Below are positions 25,340-37,787 of a DNA stretch of 64,000 bases, piece after piece. Below the pieces are notes generated by a model, which saw nothing but the letters and a program-made list of their open reading frames with translations, was not told the origin of the DNA and made no database searches. The stretch spans positions 3,566,389-3,630,388 of the forward strand of contig CM121343.1 of assembly GCA_051530055.1 (NCBI GenBank), in the 5' to 3' direction. This DNA is from Neoechinorhynchus agilis. Its lineage: Eukaryota; Animalia; Acanthocephala. Each line of letters starts with the position of its first letter. Within the stretch, counting starts at the first letter, position 1. The translations under genes were made by a program, and so were the position numbers.

Positions 25340-25545
25340 ATTTTGAAGATATAAACATAATTATTCGCCGTCTTCAATTGTCGCCTGAATGCTTGCAGTT
25401 TTGCCTCTCAACACGGCGATGCTGATCGCTTCACATCCTTCATAAGTTGAAGTCTCGCTACCAAGAGATCCGTAGGTCTCAACCCCAAAAGGCACAAACT
25501 CATGGGTTAAATCGAGGTATTTCGCCGTTTTCCGTCCTTCCGTAA
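25340..25545 (-). mobile_element. Restriction-like endonuclease C-terminus of a CRE-like non-LTR element
   Basis: EGRKTAKYLDLTHEFVPFGVETYGSLG...SIAVLRGKTASI matches the K..KY..L...F.P..VET.G..G / RGNA.S pattern. Confidence 0.7.
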
Positions 25546-28500
25546 CGGCTATCTCGCGCAAACTGCGTTGATCTTCGTATCGTTTAATTTTTCGCAGTAC
25601 CACGGTTCCTGGTTTATATCGATATGGATTCTTTGGCAGCCTAATACAGCCACTGCCAGTCTTTTTAGCAGCATGATCACTAGCACCTTCCACGGTTTTT
25701 CTAGCAGTAGGAACTAACAACAACAACAACACCAACAGCAAGACTTATTCATCATGGTAATATATACAGAGAAGTTTTAGTGACACGGTTAAGTAGTCCA
25801 TCTTACCAACCTTTTGAAACAGAAACTCCTCAACTCTCCGGCCCAGGAGAAAGACAGGGTGTTAAGGTTGTCGCAGAAGGTTTTGACAAACAAAGACCTC
25901 GAATTCAGACCGAGTTTGATGGAGCGCTTAATCTTTTTAAAGGCTAAACTGAGCATTTTTTTCATTTTACCTAAATCTGTTCTAGGTGACAGATTTGAAG
26001 TAAAAGTGTGGCCCAAAATTCTAATTTTAAGAGGAGCGTTGGAAAACCCTGAGGAAGAGGTGACAGGGTTATTCATTAAATTATTAAAAAAGATTTAAGA
26101 TCTTTCCGGATTCAGCATGAGCGAACTTTAAAAAGACATAAGCACTTCGACCTATTCAAAGATAAATTCATTTTTGGTAAAAAGGAGTTAAGATAATGAA
26201 TACATTGACCAATCAGGATTTTCATTTTTGGCTGCTCTGTGGGCGGAGATGACAAAAGTCAAGTCATCCGCATAGCAAGTGAGAGAGGCCCTTTAAAATT
26301 TTGAATCAAATATTGTGACGCCAAAAGGAAGAGAATAGGTGACAGAGGTGACCCCTGTGAAACACCATTGGAAGGATAATATAGTGTCTTTGAAATGTCG
26401 TCTTCGAAGTAAAAAGATTGTAAATAAAATATTGTGGATACGTGTAATTAAATTGTGAGGAATACTGAAAAATTCAAGTATCTCAATAATAAAAGAAAGT
26501 GAAATCTTATCAAAAGCTTGAGAAATGTCCACGGCAAGCATAGCTCGCATGGGCTTGTAAGAGCAAGGAAAATTGGAGTAAATAACTGCTAAGGCAGAGT
26601 GAACTGATTTCCCTTTTAGAAAACCATGACAATTTGAAGAGATGCAATTATGATCATTAATGAAGGATCTCAACCTATTAGCAAGTGCGCGTTCATAAAT
26701 GATTACATGGGGATTTTGAAGCGAGATAGGGCGAACGTCTTTTGGTTCAACAATGGCCTTACTGCCATTTTTAACCAAGAAAATACGTCTAGAGACATTA
26801 ATCTCTCTCCAAGCGTAAGGGGAGGAATGCAGCAAAGATTTGGCTAGAGGGATACACAGCTTTTAGGAAGCAGTGTGAAGATTTTTGTCCCTGGGCAGCC
26901 ATTAGACGATCCCAACTTCGGATTTGTGGACCATACTTCGAGAATATCTTTTAAGGTGATTTCCGTGCGATTACAAAGTAGTTTGTAGTCGGGCCCGCGG
27001 AATGAAAAAGAATATCCCCCAATGTTGTGGATTTTAACCAGGCAGCTAGTTTCGACTTCCAAGGTGTTTGGCCCTTATTTGAAAAGGTACGCCACCATTT
27101 GGAAGAATAAGGGACGAGTGTCGCAGAGACGTTGTTGTTGTCGGCAGCGGGCAGCCCAAAGAAGGCTCGAAAGAGTTTTGCATAAAAGAGTATCCCCCAA
27201 TCTTTTGGCAGCATAAAGTTGGCGTCCTAGAAAACGATGTGATCGGCTCACATAAGGGCATGAGAAAGTTTTAACATTACGACATAAAAAAGTATTAGCG
27301 GCCTTACTGACGAAGGAGTTAGCTAAAGGTAGGAAATCTGACAGATTGCAGTCCAAAAGTGAGTGTGAGAAAATGTTCTCGCAGACTAGCCGAAAGAACG
27401 CTAAATTTAAAGGTGATAAATGATACACCTTGCGTAGTCTGTCAATGTGACCCAAGGACCAAATTAAAATGTCATGTCCTAAGAGGTCGAAGGTGGAAAC
27501 TTGGTGATCATAATCGATTGAAAGATTCAAAACATTTTTCAATATAACTAGATCCAAGAAGGAATGACTGTTGGTGGTAATATTGTGGAACGACGGATTA
27601 TTGGGCAAGATAAGAGAGTGGGAAGGTTTGACTGCGTTTACAATTGCCCGAGACCATCTTAAAGAAGGATCATTGAAATCTCCCACAATCAGATCAATGT
27701 TAGCCCTTAAAAGCCATTTGATTTTTTCCTTCACATGGGCACGATGAATAAAACCTGGCCTTATATATATGTTCGCAGGTGAGAAAAATTTCTTATTGTA
27801 AAATTTTTTGAAGATACTATACGACAATTCCTCGCAAGAATAGGACGTGACCACGGAGGGACTGAGGTAGGAATGAAAGATAGAAATTAGGCCTTGTGAA
27901 TTAGGTTCACAAGGAGGAGAGACGAAAGAGATAAAAGCCGAAGAGTTTAAATGAGGTAAATGAGAAAAGAGTTGATCTATATTTAAGACACTTCGATTCT
28001 TGAATGAGCACAATAGAAATTCCAGGTAAATATCTCGAGAGTTTAGAAAGGTTGGTAGCACCCCCACAATTCCACTGCAGCACCCTAAGATTCCCTACCT
28101 TCTCTGAGCCATTGAGTCAAGGCTTCCTTGAATTGGCATTTGAGATCAGGTTGGCTGTTCCGCTATCAATTAGCCTGGATTGGGTTTCGATTATTCTGGC
28201 TACGAATTCTGAAGTTGATTCATCAATATCCATCATAACATCTTCCTCTTCATTAGAGCGAAATTCACCATTTGACTTTTTTGCTACTCTTGCATCCTCG
28301 TCAGACGTAATGGATCTTTTGAGTTTTGCTGGATCTTATTTTGATAAGCAAGAGGAGAAAAGAGCCGGAAGGTTTGTCAAATTATCGATTAGGGTACAGA
28401 TCTTCCTTTCGAAAGCCAACAATGCCTCAGTGAGACGAGCTTGCATGATCATGAGAAGTTTGTTGCAGGCTTCTAATTTGCTCTCCAAAAAATCCATGGT

Positions 28501-29642
28501 CACAAATTGAGCTGACGGCGCATTGCCGGAATGTTCCGAAGTAGAGTTGTCAAATTGACGATACGAGGCTGCTGGAAGCGCTGAGTTGAGCTTCACTGCT
28601 GACTGCTGGGTTGGATTCCTGAATTTGCTCCTGTTGTCTCCACCGGCATTGAGAGACTTTTTAGCCCAAGCCCAATATTTCTTGAACTCAGGACAGCCTT
28701 CATAGAAGGACGAATGTTGTCCATGACAATTCACACACTGCTTTTTTGACTTAATACACTGATCCGAACCATGGGAGGCATCTGCGCAGTGGCAACATTT
28801 TTTAAGGATGGATTGGGGCAATTTTGGCACCAGTGGCCCCATTGCTGGCAGATGGAGCATTGTGGGAATATGAAGTCATCCTGTTCATGGTTCGACTTCA
28901 TCGCAAAGTTAATTTCAAAGCAAGAGCAAAATTGTTGTGTGCATAAGTCGTCGCGAACTTGTCTTTGTCCCTCCACCATGGCACTCGAGATGGGTTGACC
29001 TGTCCTCCTTGAATTAAGAAAAAACTTGATCTTGCAATTGAACGATTGCTCGAAATCTTCCCGCTCTTCATTGGTGATTGAAGGACCAATTCCTTTCACC
29101 AGAAATTGTACTTTTTGAGAGCTATATGAAACATCATACACTTCCTTGGGAAGATTAGAAATAGAGAAGTTGACCAATTTTTCCAACCAAGTATGTGACA
29201 TCATATAAATTCTAAGCGTGCCAGCGAAATATGTTAAGTGATCGATTCTTTTAATGCCATCGTTTTTAAAAGAACGAGTCCAAGGGTTTACTATTTGATC
29301 GTACATGATTTGTTTGGGAAGGGTTGGTTTTGATTTGAAGATAGCTATGTATGGCCATTTTTTTGTCGGTGAAGACAAGGAATGTGATATTTAAATTTGT
29401 TTTGATGATGTCGACTGAAAGTTGTTTCCCAGGACTTGTGATTGTTGTAGCTCGAGATAAGAAAGTAGCTGCTCTCGCTTCTCCAGAACAAAGCCTCCAT
29501 GATCATCAGAAGGATCAGGAGGTTTCGAAGGGTGTTCACTACTAAATACGCTTTTGCCGTCAGAACGAAAACTGCGCATGAAGTTTTGTGAGCGCGAATG
29601 ATGTTTTTCAGTAGGAACTACAGCGTTAGTCACACGAGCCAT
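25546..29642 (-). pseudogene. Divergent histone H3-like sequence split by the LINE; 5' codons at 29609-29642, remainder at 25546-25716
   Basis: Removing the LINE and one TSD copy gives MARVTNAVVPTARKTVEGASDHAAKKTGSGCIRLPKNPYRYKPGTVVLRKIKRYEDQRSLREIA; compare H3 MARTKQTARK...KPHRYRPGTVALREIRRYQ...QRLVREIA. Confidence 0.8.
25717..29608 (-). mobile_element. Apparently full-length but decayed APE-type LINE (gag-like ORF1 with zinc knuckles, APE, RT); 12-bp TSD; (TTG)n tail
   Basis: TSD CAGTAGGAACTA at 25705-25716 and 29609-29620. ORF1: KPPDP, CSICQQWGHWCQNC, CCHCADASHGSDQC, CVNCHGQH. APE: IVGDFND, SFLDLVI. RT: VRPISL, HGFLKGKS, AVDISQAFD. Multiple frameshifts. Confidence 0.93.
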
Positions 29643-29707
29643 TGCGGTAAAAAATCGATTTGGGTTTATTGCGATTGACGAATCAATCGGCGTTGGTTTA
29701 AAATGAG

Positions 29708-29991
29708 TATTTCAATTTTAGTCAATCCCTTTCTTTTCCGGCTTATTTATTTAGGCATAAAGCCAAACCAATTACATCAGAGAAGTGATATAACCACATA
29801 GTCTCTAATGCAAGGTTAATGTACATTTCTCCGGATCCTCGGATACCTCCAGGAGGCGGGACTCATCAGTGAGTTTCCTCCCTTCAGTGGTATTTCGTCC
29901 CCTTTGGCTGTGCGTCATTGGTGGTAACGGATTCGAACCACTTGACCCCTAATCGGGATCACGGGCATTAGTCCACTTGACCACCTCGACA
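29708..29991 (-). mobile_element. SINE family A copy 1 (tRNA-like head, hammerhead-like body), 3'-truncated
   Basis: Reverse complement of ~30177-30465 with a few substitutions. Confidence 0.8.
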
Positions 29992-30049
29992 CAACTACGA
30001 AATGTCAAACTCAGCCAGTTTATCGACTCAGGGTGAGCGCTGTGTTCTA

Positions 30050-30176
30050 TTTTTTTTTAAGTTTTACTGGCAAGCCGGTATGTTATGATATTTCAATTTT
30101 AGTCAATCCCTTTCTTTTCCGGCTTATTTATTTAGGCATAAAGCCAAACCAATTACATCAGAGAAGTGATATAACC
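30050..30176 (-). mobile_element. SINE family A copy 3, 5'-truncated, inverted against the head of copy 2
   Basis: Reverse complement of ~30378-30503, including the A-tail. Confidence 0.8.
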
Positions 30177-30503
30177 TGTCGAGGTGGTCAAGTGGACTAA
30201 TGCCCGTGATCCCGATTAGGGGTCAAGTGGTTCGAATCCGTTACCACCAATGACGCACAGCCAAAGGGGACGAAATACCACTGAAGGGAGGAAACTCACT
30301 GATGAGTCCCGCCTCCTGGAGGTATCTGAGGATCCGGAGGAATGTACAAACTCTTAACCGACATTAGAGACTATGTGGTTATATCACTTCTCTGATGTAA
30401 TTGGTTTGGCTTTATGCCTAAATAAATAAGCCGGAAAAGAAAGGGATTGACTAAAATTGAAATATCATAACATACCGGCTTGCCAGTAAAACTTAAAAAA
30501 AAT
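30177..30503 (+). mobile_element. SINE family A copy 2, apparently complete (~327 bp)
   Basis: A-box-like TGGTCAAGTGG, B-box GGTTCGAATCC and T-arm-like stem, but no intact acceptor or anticodon arms; ends ACTTAAAAAAAA. Confidence 0.8.
30267..30330 (+). ncRNA. Hammerhead ribozyme core in rearranged strand order; variant copy at 29838-29901 (-)
   Basis: GGGAC-GAA-AUACC / CUCA-CUGAUGA-GUCCC / GGUAU-C-UGAG: stems II, III and I all pair by Watson-Crick rules. Confidence 0.65.
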
Positions 30504-31584
30504 TTAAAATGAGTGCTTTGAATATACGCCTCTTTAATGCCATCGTAACAGTAATGAACGCACTTATCGAACAAAGTCAATGGATTTGTGACGGTTTTCT
30601 CACGAATCTGATGCAAATCATAAGCAGATTTCATAACAAAAAAGTGGGATATCGTCGTCTACAAATCCACATATTGGCACGCAATGTTGAGCGTCGTCAA
30701 AGTAATGTTATAGATCTTGAGGTTCTGAAAGATAGGATCTCTTACTTTCTGGTCATGATCAGATGACGCTTATGGATTTGAACAATATTTACCGTCGGTA
30801 TTTCACTGATTATAATATAACGAGCACTGAGTTGCTCAAGATTCCACGGGTAGTTGACGTTATTAGTTCAACAAATAGAGGTATTTTTTCATGCAAGATC
30901 ACATTCGCGTGGAAAGATATTCTTGTTGTGCGGATCAAAGACCGGGACTCATTTTTATTGCTTAATATTTCGTGGACAAAATCTACCTCGTCAGACATCT
31001 ACAAATTGGTTTGGGTAGCCGTGCTCGAATCCCCTGCGCAATGTTCAGTTTTAAATCGTTGATTGGGAGTGCGAGACTAAAGTTCGCCTTGCATCTCTCC
31101 ATTGTCCGGTTCGCTGCCATGTGTATGGTCTCATACACGAGTCTCCGCCTCCAAAGTCAACTCGGCGTTGAGATGTCTCCTCTTGGTTAGATATTGCCGA
31201 AGATTGATAGAAACGTCTACGCACGTATTTGTGCTGTTGGATGCATTTGCACAGACCTTGCTTCGTCGGTCCAATATACTTTTTATCGCATTCCGAACAG
31301 CCTATTTCGTAGACTCCGAATGTAGGTGTTGTCGCCGTCTTCTTTTTGGAAGAACCAGCCAATGTCGTCCATTTTCTAACAATAATCCTCACATTCGGTA
31401 TTCTTTGTAAGGTCCGTAGTTTGTTAGTGGCCTCTTCACTGATGAAAGAATGTGCGATATATTTTGAAGGTGGTAGATTTGTTGGTTGATCGTTATTGCG
31501 TTGATCGGGTCGTCGCCTGATACGTTTCCTGGCCGGCCACTAATAAACTACGGATTTTACAAAGAATACAGAATATGAGGATTA

Positions 31585-33158
31585 TTGAGGGACGAGAAAG
31601 TTGTGTTTGAATCAGAACTCATAAGTTCGACGTTTGCAACTCCGGATGCAATTATAGAAAAAGACGGTAGACATCAGTTCTTTTACGACGCCAACCGAGG
31701 ATCCTCCGAACAATTCAAGTATGTTATTGAACTGAAAACAGAGGAAGTTTATAAGTGGAAAAGATGGTCTTTTCGTTATCATCATTGGATTAAATGAAGT
31801 GTCCTCCAGAAGATTCTATTTACATAAAATTGGCTTTATACTGAAATCGAACTCTGTATCGGTCTTTGAAATCTTGATGGGCAAACAAATTGATATGATT
31901 CCCAAACTCTTCGTAGAATTGATGACGGGCAGTAGAACTTCGGGAGTTTATTTGAAAACGATGTGTATTTATGCCACTGACCAAAATACCGGATTTTTGT
32001 TTCCTGTTAATAGATGGCTCTGTAATTGGAAAGGAGATAATAGAACAAACGCTCTTTTATATTTGGGACATTCTGGAGGACTCGCACACGCAAATTCATT
32101 TGTTCCCTTTTCCCTGGCGGAACCCAAAACGAGTTTAACGCGTGCATTAGTTGTTGTGATCACTAAAGAAAGGAAGATACCTCTTAAGAAATGCGCTGGT
32201 TCCAGTACATCTCTATTATCCAACTAATAATATAAATGGGTTTCTCGCTAATCAACAAGACATATTTCGAATCTTTTTACCGACCGTTGCACTGGACATA
32301 CAGGATTCAGGTGGTCAAAGGAGATTGTCTTTCTGAACCACTTGTTTCAAATAGAAACGATGAGATTTAAATTAGATTTCGAAGATAAAGATGACGGAGC
32401 GCGCATTAGTTCTGTAACTGTGCTCGTAACGGGCGACGGAAATGCTCCTATCAATTTTTATTTGAATCAATATTTCGGTGGATCTGAAATCGAATCGAAC
32501 ATTGCTATAAATCAACGGATCGATCATTTTGGTGTGTTTCCTGGTGCTTATGAAAAGTTTCAGGCAGATGGAAGGGGAATAATCGACTCATCGATATAAA
32601 CTACAATTGGAAACGAAAATAAGGTTTCTAAGTTATTTTCTGATAATGTAAAAGAAGGAACGCGATATCCTGAAATGACGATATACCGAGTGACAGTTGA
32701 GACGGGGAATTCTGGATTTGACGTGGCTCCAACGGTTACTTGCTTTATGGCTGGACCATCATTGGTTTCGCCTCTGATAATCCTAAGTAAATCTCAAACT
32801 AACAAATATCCGTTTAAGAAGAACCAAAAGGACGAATTCTTTATTGTTTGACAGGAAGTTGAAATAGTGAAAGCTTTTGTATAGGGACAGAAAACAACGA
32901 AAGTGGCTCGATTGGCCTATTCCGTATATGATTCTTCGCAAACATAAGACGCATGAGGAATTTCTGTTGAGGTTGACGTCTAACAGTTCATCTAAATCGA
33001 AATTTCGATCATTGACAATAAAAAGCGTGTTAAATACCAGTACGCGCAGAACTGATCCAACGAACTTCCGACTCTATGCCAAAAGAGACAAATCGAACAT
33101 TCGAAAATCCGGAACGTTCAATCTGGTAGTCTATTCCTCTCATGGAAATACCGATTGA
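31585..33158 (+). pseudogene. Mirror copy of the PLAT-like region
   Basis: ORF translations are identical to those of 9654-11227. Confidence 0.5.
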
Positions 33159-34987
33159 ATCATTGTTCGAGTATTGGAACGGGATGTAAATTCCGCAATT
33201 TTTTTATTTTTTGTGAACACTGAACGCTATTTGGAGAGACTAATATCCTCACCCGTAGCCTGAATTCTTAGAAATTAATACCTTCTTTATTTTTACTTAT
33301 TGGATATATTGAATTTATTGCACATCCTCACAACACGAATGCACTGTGTCCTTCATTTTCTATAGTTGTGTTGTGGTCGAGACCAATCGTCGGATTGATC
33401 AAATCCCTCAGTATTGCCTCTCAATAAGATGAAAACCACGCGCAATTGATTTCAATACAACATAGCGCAAAAGTCTCACCAATCGAAGTAACGATCGACG
33501 GACCTCTTGAGAAGACGTCTTGCATCCCAGCGACTCGTAAGAGAGATCGTCAGCAATTTTGGTACTGGAGCACCCTAGCAAGTGGCGGTTTCAAGAGGCA
33601 ACCGAAGCTTTTTTAATTGGACTCTTCAAAGACACAAATCTACGCGCAAAACACAAAGGGTAAAATAGTTTACCATTAAAAGTCTCAAAAAAGGGTGTTT
33701 GTCCTTCCTTCTGTTCGCCGAAACACAAAACCTCCAACGGTTGCACGCCGGGCATTCGAAGAAGTTCTTGCCACAAGAGAATCCGTAGTTCTGGAGGTCT
33801 ACCGCACGCAAAGAAGCACAATGACCTTCCTACGATAATTTGGGGTGCACGGACGAGGGCTGGGAAAGGAATCAGGAGATGTCTTGAGCGCTTGATTATG
33901 GATTTAATTTTTAGAGAACGTACTCTTCAGAGAAGTATTAATAAAAATTCGGTTTTGTGTAAAAGGGAAGTCAATTCCCAGCAAAAATGGGGATGATCTA
34001 AATAGAAGAGCAAGAGATTTCCTTGGGCCGTAAGATTTAATTGAGCAGAATTATAAAAGATTTGTTAAGATTCAAAATAAGATTTTCTTTTAGAGAGAGC
34101 AGAGACAAGGTTTTCGAGGTAAGAAGAGAATTTAGAAACAATGAAACCACTGAAGCGAACTTTGCAAAAAGGAAAAATGCCGTCCGCGTAAAAATCGTAG
34201 CCATTGATGTGTTTTAAAATAAATGACATAGCAATCAAGAAAAGAGTGGGCGACAATGTAGAACCTTGAGGAACACCATAGCGAGAAAAGAATTTCATGT
34301 TACATGAATAGAAGGATTTGGATTCGATTAAAGGTTGAATTTCGCAAATAATATTAAGAGGGATCTTGTAAAATGTAAGGGCTTCGTATAAAAGGGTCCT
34401 GTCCAGGGCATCAAAAGCTTTAAGTCAAACTGAATCAGAACTTTATTTGTTGCCGTATTTAAGAGGTGGAAATCCGTTAATAGGGAATGAACCTCACGTT
34501 CGTTTTGACGGAAGCAAGTCCGAATTATAAACTAATGGAAGATTTGGATCTCTGATTAGGAGAATTTAATGTTACGTTTATCTGAATGGAAAGCAATGAG
34601 ATTTTTTCGCATTTGTTCGTAGTCAATGATCCATAATATTCTATCGCCACCGCCAGATTTGGGATCTATAACCGAGAATGCTCATGATTTTAGCGAAACT
34701 GAAACTTTGTTCAATTTTTCATAAGTGCAAGACTTTTGAGCCTAAGGAAGGCAACGTTTCTCCCTAATTTTTGAACCAAGAATTTCCTCAGCTGCTGTCT
34801 CGTTGAAATGACCGAAAAAACGAATACTTTGCAGTGTCGTCTCAGTTTCTTCGAAAATTGTTTTACTGTGTTCTGCGCAGTTTTTTCTCAAAAAAGGAAC
34901 TGAATGTCGCGTACACTTTCTTGAAGTCGAATGTTACGAATGTGGACCAGGGATGCTTGGCGCTGGAGGCCTTGGAGCCGATGGAAT

Positions 34988-35978
34988 CCCCACTTGCACC
35001 CGACCGCACTACCCAATTACGGTTGATCAGCAGGGCTTCCGAGATAGAGAGTTAAATGGGATCTGATGCCGATAAAGAACCCCAACGTCAAAAACCGGGC
35101 TGGCTCCCTCGTGGCGGGTAGCGAAGTGGGTGCCCCAGGGCGTTGATGCGTACGCTGGACTGGTCGGATTGCGTGCATTACGCACGTGCTCAGTGATGCG
35201 TTCACGCAGTGTTCGCTCTATTTTCCCGACATAATTGCAGGAACGTCCTTCGTCCTTACAGTTCCTGCAGGTGATCTCGTAGACGACGTTGCTTGAGAAG
35301 CAATCGCTTTTTGCCCCAGCATTCTTCGGGCAGTGCTTGCACATCAGACAGGCCTTTGGGCAAATCCTCGTATCTTCGTGATGCATTGTCCGCATTAGCA
35401 TCCGCTTTAGCGACGGATTTGTCCTGTGCACTACTCGTGCTTCAATGCCGCAGTCACGTATGGCCTTCTTGACGTTCCAAGTAAAATGTTCGGACACGTA
35501 CGGGATTCGAAGAAGAGGAAGATCGTTTTTCCGGTTTCGACTTCCAACTGGTCGTTCCATTCTTTGCATCATCCTCTTAAGATCCAGCTTCGAATAGCCG
35601 TTCTTTTCGAACAATTCACAGACCCGTTCCTCCGCTTCTTTCCTTACGAGAGCCGTCGACGAACACATTTGTGCCGTTCTAAGCATTTCTCCGAAGATTG
35701 CTTGTTTCACAGCCCATGGGTGGTGCGATCGTCGATGCAGGACAATATCCTTCTTGCACGGTTTCCTGAACCAGTTGTGTTCGGCAGGATTGTCTGCTTT
35801 TAGCTTTATGTTCAGGAAGGGCAGGTAGTCACGTGGTTGATCTCGCGTAACCTGTATATGACCATTCGGATCCATCGAATTGAGGCTTTGCTCGATTATA
35901 TCAACCTCACAATCCTGTCGGTAGGTCAGCAACACATCATCCACGTATCGGAGATATAATTGACTCGACGACGCCTAT
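34988..35978 (-). mobile_element. Penelope-like element fragment (RT C-terminus plus GIY-YIG)
   Basis: LYLRYVDDVLL, LPFLNI, RSHHP and NVVYEITCRNC...NYVGKIERTLRERITEH; absent from the left arm. Confidence 0.92.
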
Positions 35979-37787
35979 ACTTGCAAGGAGTTCACCGAAT
36001 CCTTTAGCCAACCACATAACAACCGAGCTGCGGGTCCCAATTTAATTACTGCAGAGCTTTACAAGAATGGTGCCGCTACTCTCCTATAAATATTATGGCA
36101 ACACTTTTCTCGATGTATTTGCCGCGTCTAGTCCAAAAAATCACATATCACTCGATTTCAAGGTTATAGTACGCTTTCGGTTTGAAATCGGACAGCGCCG
36201 GCTGAAGTCCAAGACGAAAACCTCCACTAATGCAATCATTGATTTGCATTATGCTAATGAGAATTCTGACAAGTCTTCAGAACATCACTGATCGTTCCGC
36301 CGAAGCGCATGGATCATTTAATTTTCAACATCAACAAGACTAACATCCGTGGCTGAAGCAATCAGAATCCACGGTCATCAGTAGAGTAAGTCCACACATT
36401 CCAACGTCTCGACGGTAATCTTGATGATTCTTAGACTCCGATTTTGCCAACCTAATGATGCCCAAGCAGACGCTGCATTCTGTGCTGGGTTCTTCTCGCA
36501 GCTGACCGATATCTCTTTAAAAATATCTGCCAGGAAGGTGCTACCATCGCAAAAAACAATAGGCGTCATGACTGTGAAAGGAGAAAATATCTCCAATGGA
36601 CAATAGAAAGTGGCCCCACTGTCCTCGATCCCCACTTCATGCCTCTTCCACTCCCACCTCAGCCGCTCCTCCCATCTCCGCTATGAACACTTTCAAAAAC
36701 GAAGACAGTCCGGGAACGGATTCTCGGATATCGATGCGCCTCAAAGGTGGCGATTTTAATGGAAAAAGAAAGCATTTAATGTAATGAAAACGTTTGTGGA
36801 CACTATCCTCGCCCGTCCTCGGGACTCGATTCAACATAACAATGCACCACATTAACGTAATCCGTGCTATAGCTATTGAAATCGTAATATAGAGCCACCG
36901 AGGTCTCCGCATTTGAAATTTCTTCAAGTGTTTCCAGTGGGAGCTCAACTCCCCTCACTAGAACATTCCAATGCAAACATTCGTCGGTGCGATGATTCCG
37001 AAGAGCAGCTTCAAAATAGGGATCGAAGAGAAATAGTGGCAGAAAATGTTTTTAAAGTCGTATTTACTTACAAAATTCATTATTATTTGATGTAGCCAAC
37101 CATCGAGAGAGTAATCTTCTTGATTTTCCTTGCATTGCAAAAACCAAATCGAGAAACTGAATGTAATTACCCATAACTTTCATCGGTATTCTAATACCCA
37201 CAGTTACCATAGAAACGGAAAATTAACATTCATAAAGCCAGCCGCCGGACTATGTGCCATGCATTTCAGAGTTGCGTAGACCAAGAGAATCCTTGACGAT
37301 ATGTCAAGAAGTTTTTGTGGGCAACAAGTATTTTGTGATATTGTACTTTTGTAGAAGTCTAGAGATTTATCTGAATGGGCCGTAGATGCTTTATTTTAAA
37401 GGATTTTCAAGGTGGGGTTTATCGATGGTGGGTCGAGAATATTTCATGATGGAGACTGTGGAACGGCGGTGATTTTTGATTCTGAGATTAAGTAAACGGA
37501 GTAATCAGGGCAGAAGAGTGGTCAGTGTTTGCGGGGGTTAAAGTTTCAAAGCGGATGAGTAGGTGTCAATAAGATCTTTCCCACTGAAGAACCGTATATG
37601 GAATTATGGACCTCGAAGTTATTTTTGGCATAATAAAACTTTTTATTTTGTTTAAAAGTTCGATATTCTTCAACATGACTCCATCGCTTTGCGTCAAATC
37701 ATCTCTAATGATTATTGATTGGCATTACTTGTTCCGTCCGATGCCATTTGATTTTGTGTCTATTTTAGCATCCTTAGATTTCTAGTA

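Noticed and set aside
28795-28810. A-AAA-AAT slippery heptamer joining the two LINE ORF1 frames by -1
   Set aside because: The element has other frameshifts (e.g. near 29385 and in ORF2), so decay or a homopolymer error is more parsimonious.
30177-30250. Functional tRNA gene
   Set aside because: The acceptor stem does not pair, the anticodon loop lacks U33 and arm spacing is wrong; treated as a SINE head.
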